Of a stretch of 64,000 nt of DNA, positions 61,455-64,000 are shown piece by piece (position 1 is the stretch's first letter; each line of letters starts with the position of its first letter). A program made the position numbers and the translations under genes. The notes under the pieces were generated by a model. It was not told the DNA's origin. It saw nothing but the letters and a program-made list of their open reading frames with translations, and made no database searches. Origin of the DNA: Myxococcota bacterium (GTDB lineage: Bacteria; Myxococcota_A; UBA9160; UBA4427); assembly GCA_036336835.1 (NCBI GenBank), contig JAYZFK010000032.1:20398-84397 (forward strand). Reading direction: 5' to 3'.

Positions 61455-62681
61455 CTAGCCGTCTCGCTCCTGGCCCGCCTCCGCCGGCCCTGGAGCAGTC
61501 GTCTCTGGTAGCAGGACCAGGTCGAACACGCCGGGTTTCGCCGCCGGTCGGTGGACGAGCAGGGGCACCTGCTGCTCGACCGCCTCGAGGAGCTCCCGCA
61601 GCGAGGCCATTCCGACCTGCTCCGGATCGATCCGGTCGCCCGGCTGTAGGCCCAGGCTCTCCGCCGGACTGTCGGGCCGCACGCCAAACACCTCGAACCA
61701 GCGGCCAAACAACGTCACGTACGCGCCGCTCCTGCGCGTCCGCGAGTACGGCAGTCCCGCGAAGCGCACTGGTTCGGAGCCCTGGCGTTCGAGCCACAGC
61801 CGCCCGCGCGCGATGTCGAGTCTGACACGGAACTGGGAGAGCAGGTCGATTCCGAGCACGTGGCCGTTGGCGCCGAAGGCATCCATCAGCGAATCCTTCG
61901 ACACGATCAGCGGAAACACGCCGAGGTCGACAGACCCGAGCCGTACCGTGTCGGTCTCGAACACACGGAGTATCGACTGCCGTTCGCCGCGCCGTCGCAG
62001 CACTGGAAGCGCCTTCGGAGAGATCGCGGCCTCGATCAGACTCCGTGTGCTGAGCCAGATGGGCACGGGTGCGCTCGTGTCGAGCGCAAGGCGGACCGGA
62101 CGGTCATTGACGTCGATCTCGATGAAGGGCCGCGAGTTGAAGACGATGAGATCGAAGACCGCTTCTCCGGGGCCGTTTGCGATCTCCGGGAGCTCGACTT
62201 TCTCCGGGTCGAGGAATCGCACGCGGCCCGCTTCGAAGTCGAGCTCGAGGACGAAGTCGCGGAGGAACGCTCCGCCGAGACGAACGAACGGATAGTCTTG
62301 CGCCTGCTGGGTCGTCTCCTTGGTTGGCAGGACGGAGAGCGGTTTTCCGAGCACGGTGTTGCGCCGGTAGACTGGCTGATCGCCGGGAACGCGCTCGCCG
62401 CCGAAGGTTCGAAGCCCGCCGGCACCGGCGACGGCGGGGCCGAAGCCGGTGTCGAGCACGACGGGAAGCGGCGGGTCGCCGACCGCCGCGAGGTCGAAGT
62501 GGACCCGGGGGGAGCCGGTCACCGCGAGCATCGGCAAGTCGGCAAGCACCGCTCCTTCGGGAAGTGCCGAGCGAGCGTCATCGGCTCGGGCAGCCGCGGC
62601 TGGTGCAATCGAGCCGGCGAGTATCGCGATGCTCAGTACCCGCAGCATGGAGCGCCTTCGTGCTTGGAGTCGCGTTCTCAT
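61455..62681 (-). CDS. Secreted tandem retropepsin-like aspartyl protease with C-terminal PDZ-like domain
   Basis: Signal peptide; LDTG..RLGGAFL; LDTS..VLGIDLL; PDSPAESLGLQPGDRI. GGAGGA RBS upstream. Confidence 0.7.
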   Translation of the reverse strand: MRTRLQARRRSMLRVLSIAILAGSIAPAAAARADDARSALPEGAVLADLPMLAVTGSPRVHFDLAAVGDPPLPVVLDTGFGPAVAGAGGLRTFGGERVPGDQPVYRRNTVLGKPLSVLPTKETTQQAQDYPFVRLGGAFLRDFVLELDFEAGRVRFLDPEKVELPEIANGPGEAVFDLIVFNSRPFIEIDVNDRPVRLALDTSAPVPIWLSTRSLIEAAISPKALPVLRRRGERQSILRVFETDTVRLGSVDLGVFPLIVSKDSLMDAFGANGHVLGIDLLSQFRVRLDIARGRLWLERQGSEPVRFAGLPYSRTRRSGAYVTLFGRWFEVFGVRPDSPAESLGLQPGDRIDPEQVGMASLRELLEAVEQQVPLLVHRPAAKPGVFDLVLLPETTAPGPAEAGQERDG

Positions 62682-62760
62682 CTGTCCTCCGGTTCGAGCA
62701 GGCGGCACCGGACTCAATCTTGGTGCCATAGCCGCCTTCGCGTGGTGGCCGGATGATCCA

Positions 62761-62817
62761 TTCGTTGCACGATCTCGCCTTCGTTGCACGATCTCGCCTT
62801 CGTTGCACGATCTCGCC
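62761..62817. repeat. Three perfect 19-bp tandem repeats (ttcgttgcacgatctcgcc)
   Basis: Directly visible in the divergent intergenic region; no spacers. Confidence 0.92.
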
Positions 62818-62970
62818 GTCGAGACACGACGCCTCGCGTCGCGCGCTCTGGCCCGCCATGCCTCGGGCGGGAGCAAAACGGGAGGGCGTGTTCGTTCCGG
62901 GCTTCCTTTCGCAATCCGGCAGAGCATAGTCGACCCGGTGCTTCGCGCCCCGCGCTACGCTGCGGTCTCG

Positions 62971-63753
62971 ATGGCCGGCGACGTACGCATCGACCGCGAG
63001 GGGCCGCTCGCCTGGCTGGTCTTCGACCACGAAGAGCGGCGCAACGCGATCACTGCTGACATGTGGCAGCGGATTCCGCCACTCGCGCGCGCGCTCGATG
63101 AGGACGACTCCGTGCGCGTCGTGATCCTGCGCGGAGCCGGCGACGTTGCGTTCGTGTCGGGCGCCGACATCTCCGAGTTCGAGCAGCGCCGAACCGGCGA
63201 GGGCGTCGAGGACTACGATCTCCAGAACGCGCTGGCGTTCGGCGCGCTCGCGAGCATTCGGTGCCCGGTGCTCGCGATGGTCCACGGCTTCTGTATCGGG
63301 GGCGGCTGTGCGCTGGCGCTGACCGCGGACGTGCGCTTCGCGGCCGACGACGCGCTGTTCGGCATCCCGGCCGGTCGCCTCGGCCTCGGCTATGGCGAGG
63401 GCGGGCTCGAGGCGCTGGTGCGGGCGGTCGGCTTCCCGGCTGCAAAGGAGATGTTCTTCAGTGCCCGGCGCTTCTCGGCGGCCGAAGCCTACGACATGGG
63501 GCTCGCCAACCGGGTGTTTCGCAAGAGCGAGCTCGAAGCCGAGGTGCGCAAGATCGCCGAGGGCATCGCCCGCAACGCGCCGCTGACGCTGCGCGCCGCG
63601 AAGATCGCGTTCAACGAGATCGCAAAGCCCGTTGCTAGCCGAGACGAAGCAGCGATTCGCGCGGCAATCCGCCGCTGCTTCGAGAGCGAGGATTACGCCG
63701 AGGGCGTCCGCGCGTTCCTCGAGAAGCGCAGCGCCGAGTTCCACGGACGTTGA
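62971..63753 (+). CDS. Enoyl-CoA hydratase/isomerase
   Basis: Motifs RRNAI, AFVSGADISE, GFCIGGG and EGVRAFLEKR. Confidence 0.9.
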   Translation: MAGDVRIDREGPLAWLVFDHEERRNAITADMWQRIPPLARALDEDDSVRVVILRGAGDVAFVSGADISEFEQRRTGEGVEDYDLQNALAFGALASIRCPVLAMVHGFCIGGGCALALTADVRFAADDALFGIPAGRLGLGYGEGGLEALVRAVGFPAAKEMFFSARRFSAAEAYDMGLANRVFRKSELEAEVRKIAEGIARNAPLTLRAAKIAFNEIAKPVASRDEAAIRAAIRRCFESEDYAEGVRAFLEKRSAEFHGR

Positions 63754-63759
63754 TCGGCT

Positions 63760-64000
63760 TCAATGAGCCCTCGCCCGGCGCGCTTCGCGCGCGCGCACGA
63801 GCTGCAGCAGCGCGCGGTTGACCGGAACGTCGAGTCCGCACTCACTCGCGAGCTCGACCACGGCGCCGTTCAGCGCGTCGACCTCGGTCCGCCGGCCTGC
63901 GCGCAGGTCCTGCAGCATCGACGATTCGTGCGCTGCGGTCGGCGGCAGCAGCTCGTCCCAGAACACTCGCAGGTACTCCGCTGCGTCGCGCCAGCGAGTC
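63760..64000 (-). CDS. panE: Ketopantoate reductase, C-terminal part only
   Basis: Motif SSMLQDL..GRRTEVDALNGAV..PVN. Confidence 0.8.
   Translation of the reverse strand, partial: TRWRDAAEYLRVFWDELLPPTAAHESSMLQDLRAGRRTEVDALNGAVVELASECGLDVPVNRALLQLVRAREARRARAH

Noticed and set aside
62761..62817. CRISPR array
   Set aside because: The repeats are directly adjacent with no spacers, are only 19 bp, and no cas genes are present.

Overview
This is a 64-kb, very GC-rich, gene-dense bacterial chromosomal segment. Its gene content suggests a Myxococcota/deltaproteobacterium-like organism (inference). The flanks carry housekeeping and metabolic genes: lspA, thiE, ntrBC, moeA, ptsP, leuS, aguAB, frdABCD, acyl-CoA dehydrogenases, pabB and panE. 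The centre (about 17.4-37.5 kb) is a respiratory supercluster with three parts. (i) ctaB and DUF420, plus an A-family heme-copper oxidase operon whose subunit I lacks the K-channel lysine. (ii) A divergently transcribed CydA-like ('bd-like', no cydB) membrane protein followed by three membrane-anchored c-type cytochromes with 6 CxxCH motifs, one fused to an ethylbenzene-dehydrogenase-gamma-like domain. (iii) A probable maturation or regulatory module in which five copies of the BchB C-terminal (PCP_red-like) domain are spread over a double-USP protein, a zinc-ribbon protein and an AhbD/NirJ-like radical SAM enzyme, together with an Mrp/ApbC ATPase, a GNAT and HemY. That module plus the bd-like complex is the best candidate for an uncharacterised system. 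I recognised no rRNA, tRNA, CRISPR array or mobile element. All family assignments come from motif recognition by eye, without database searches.
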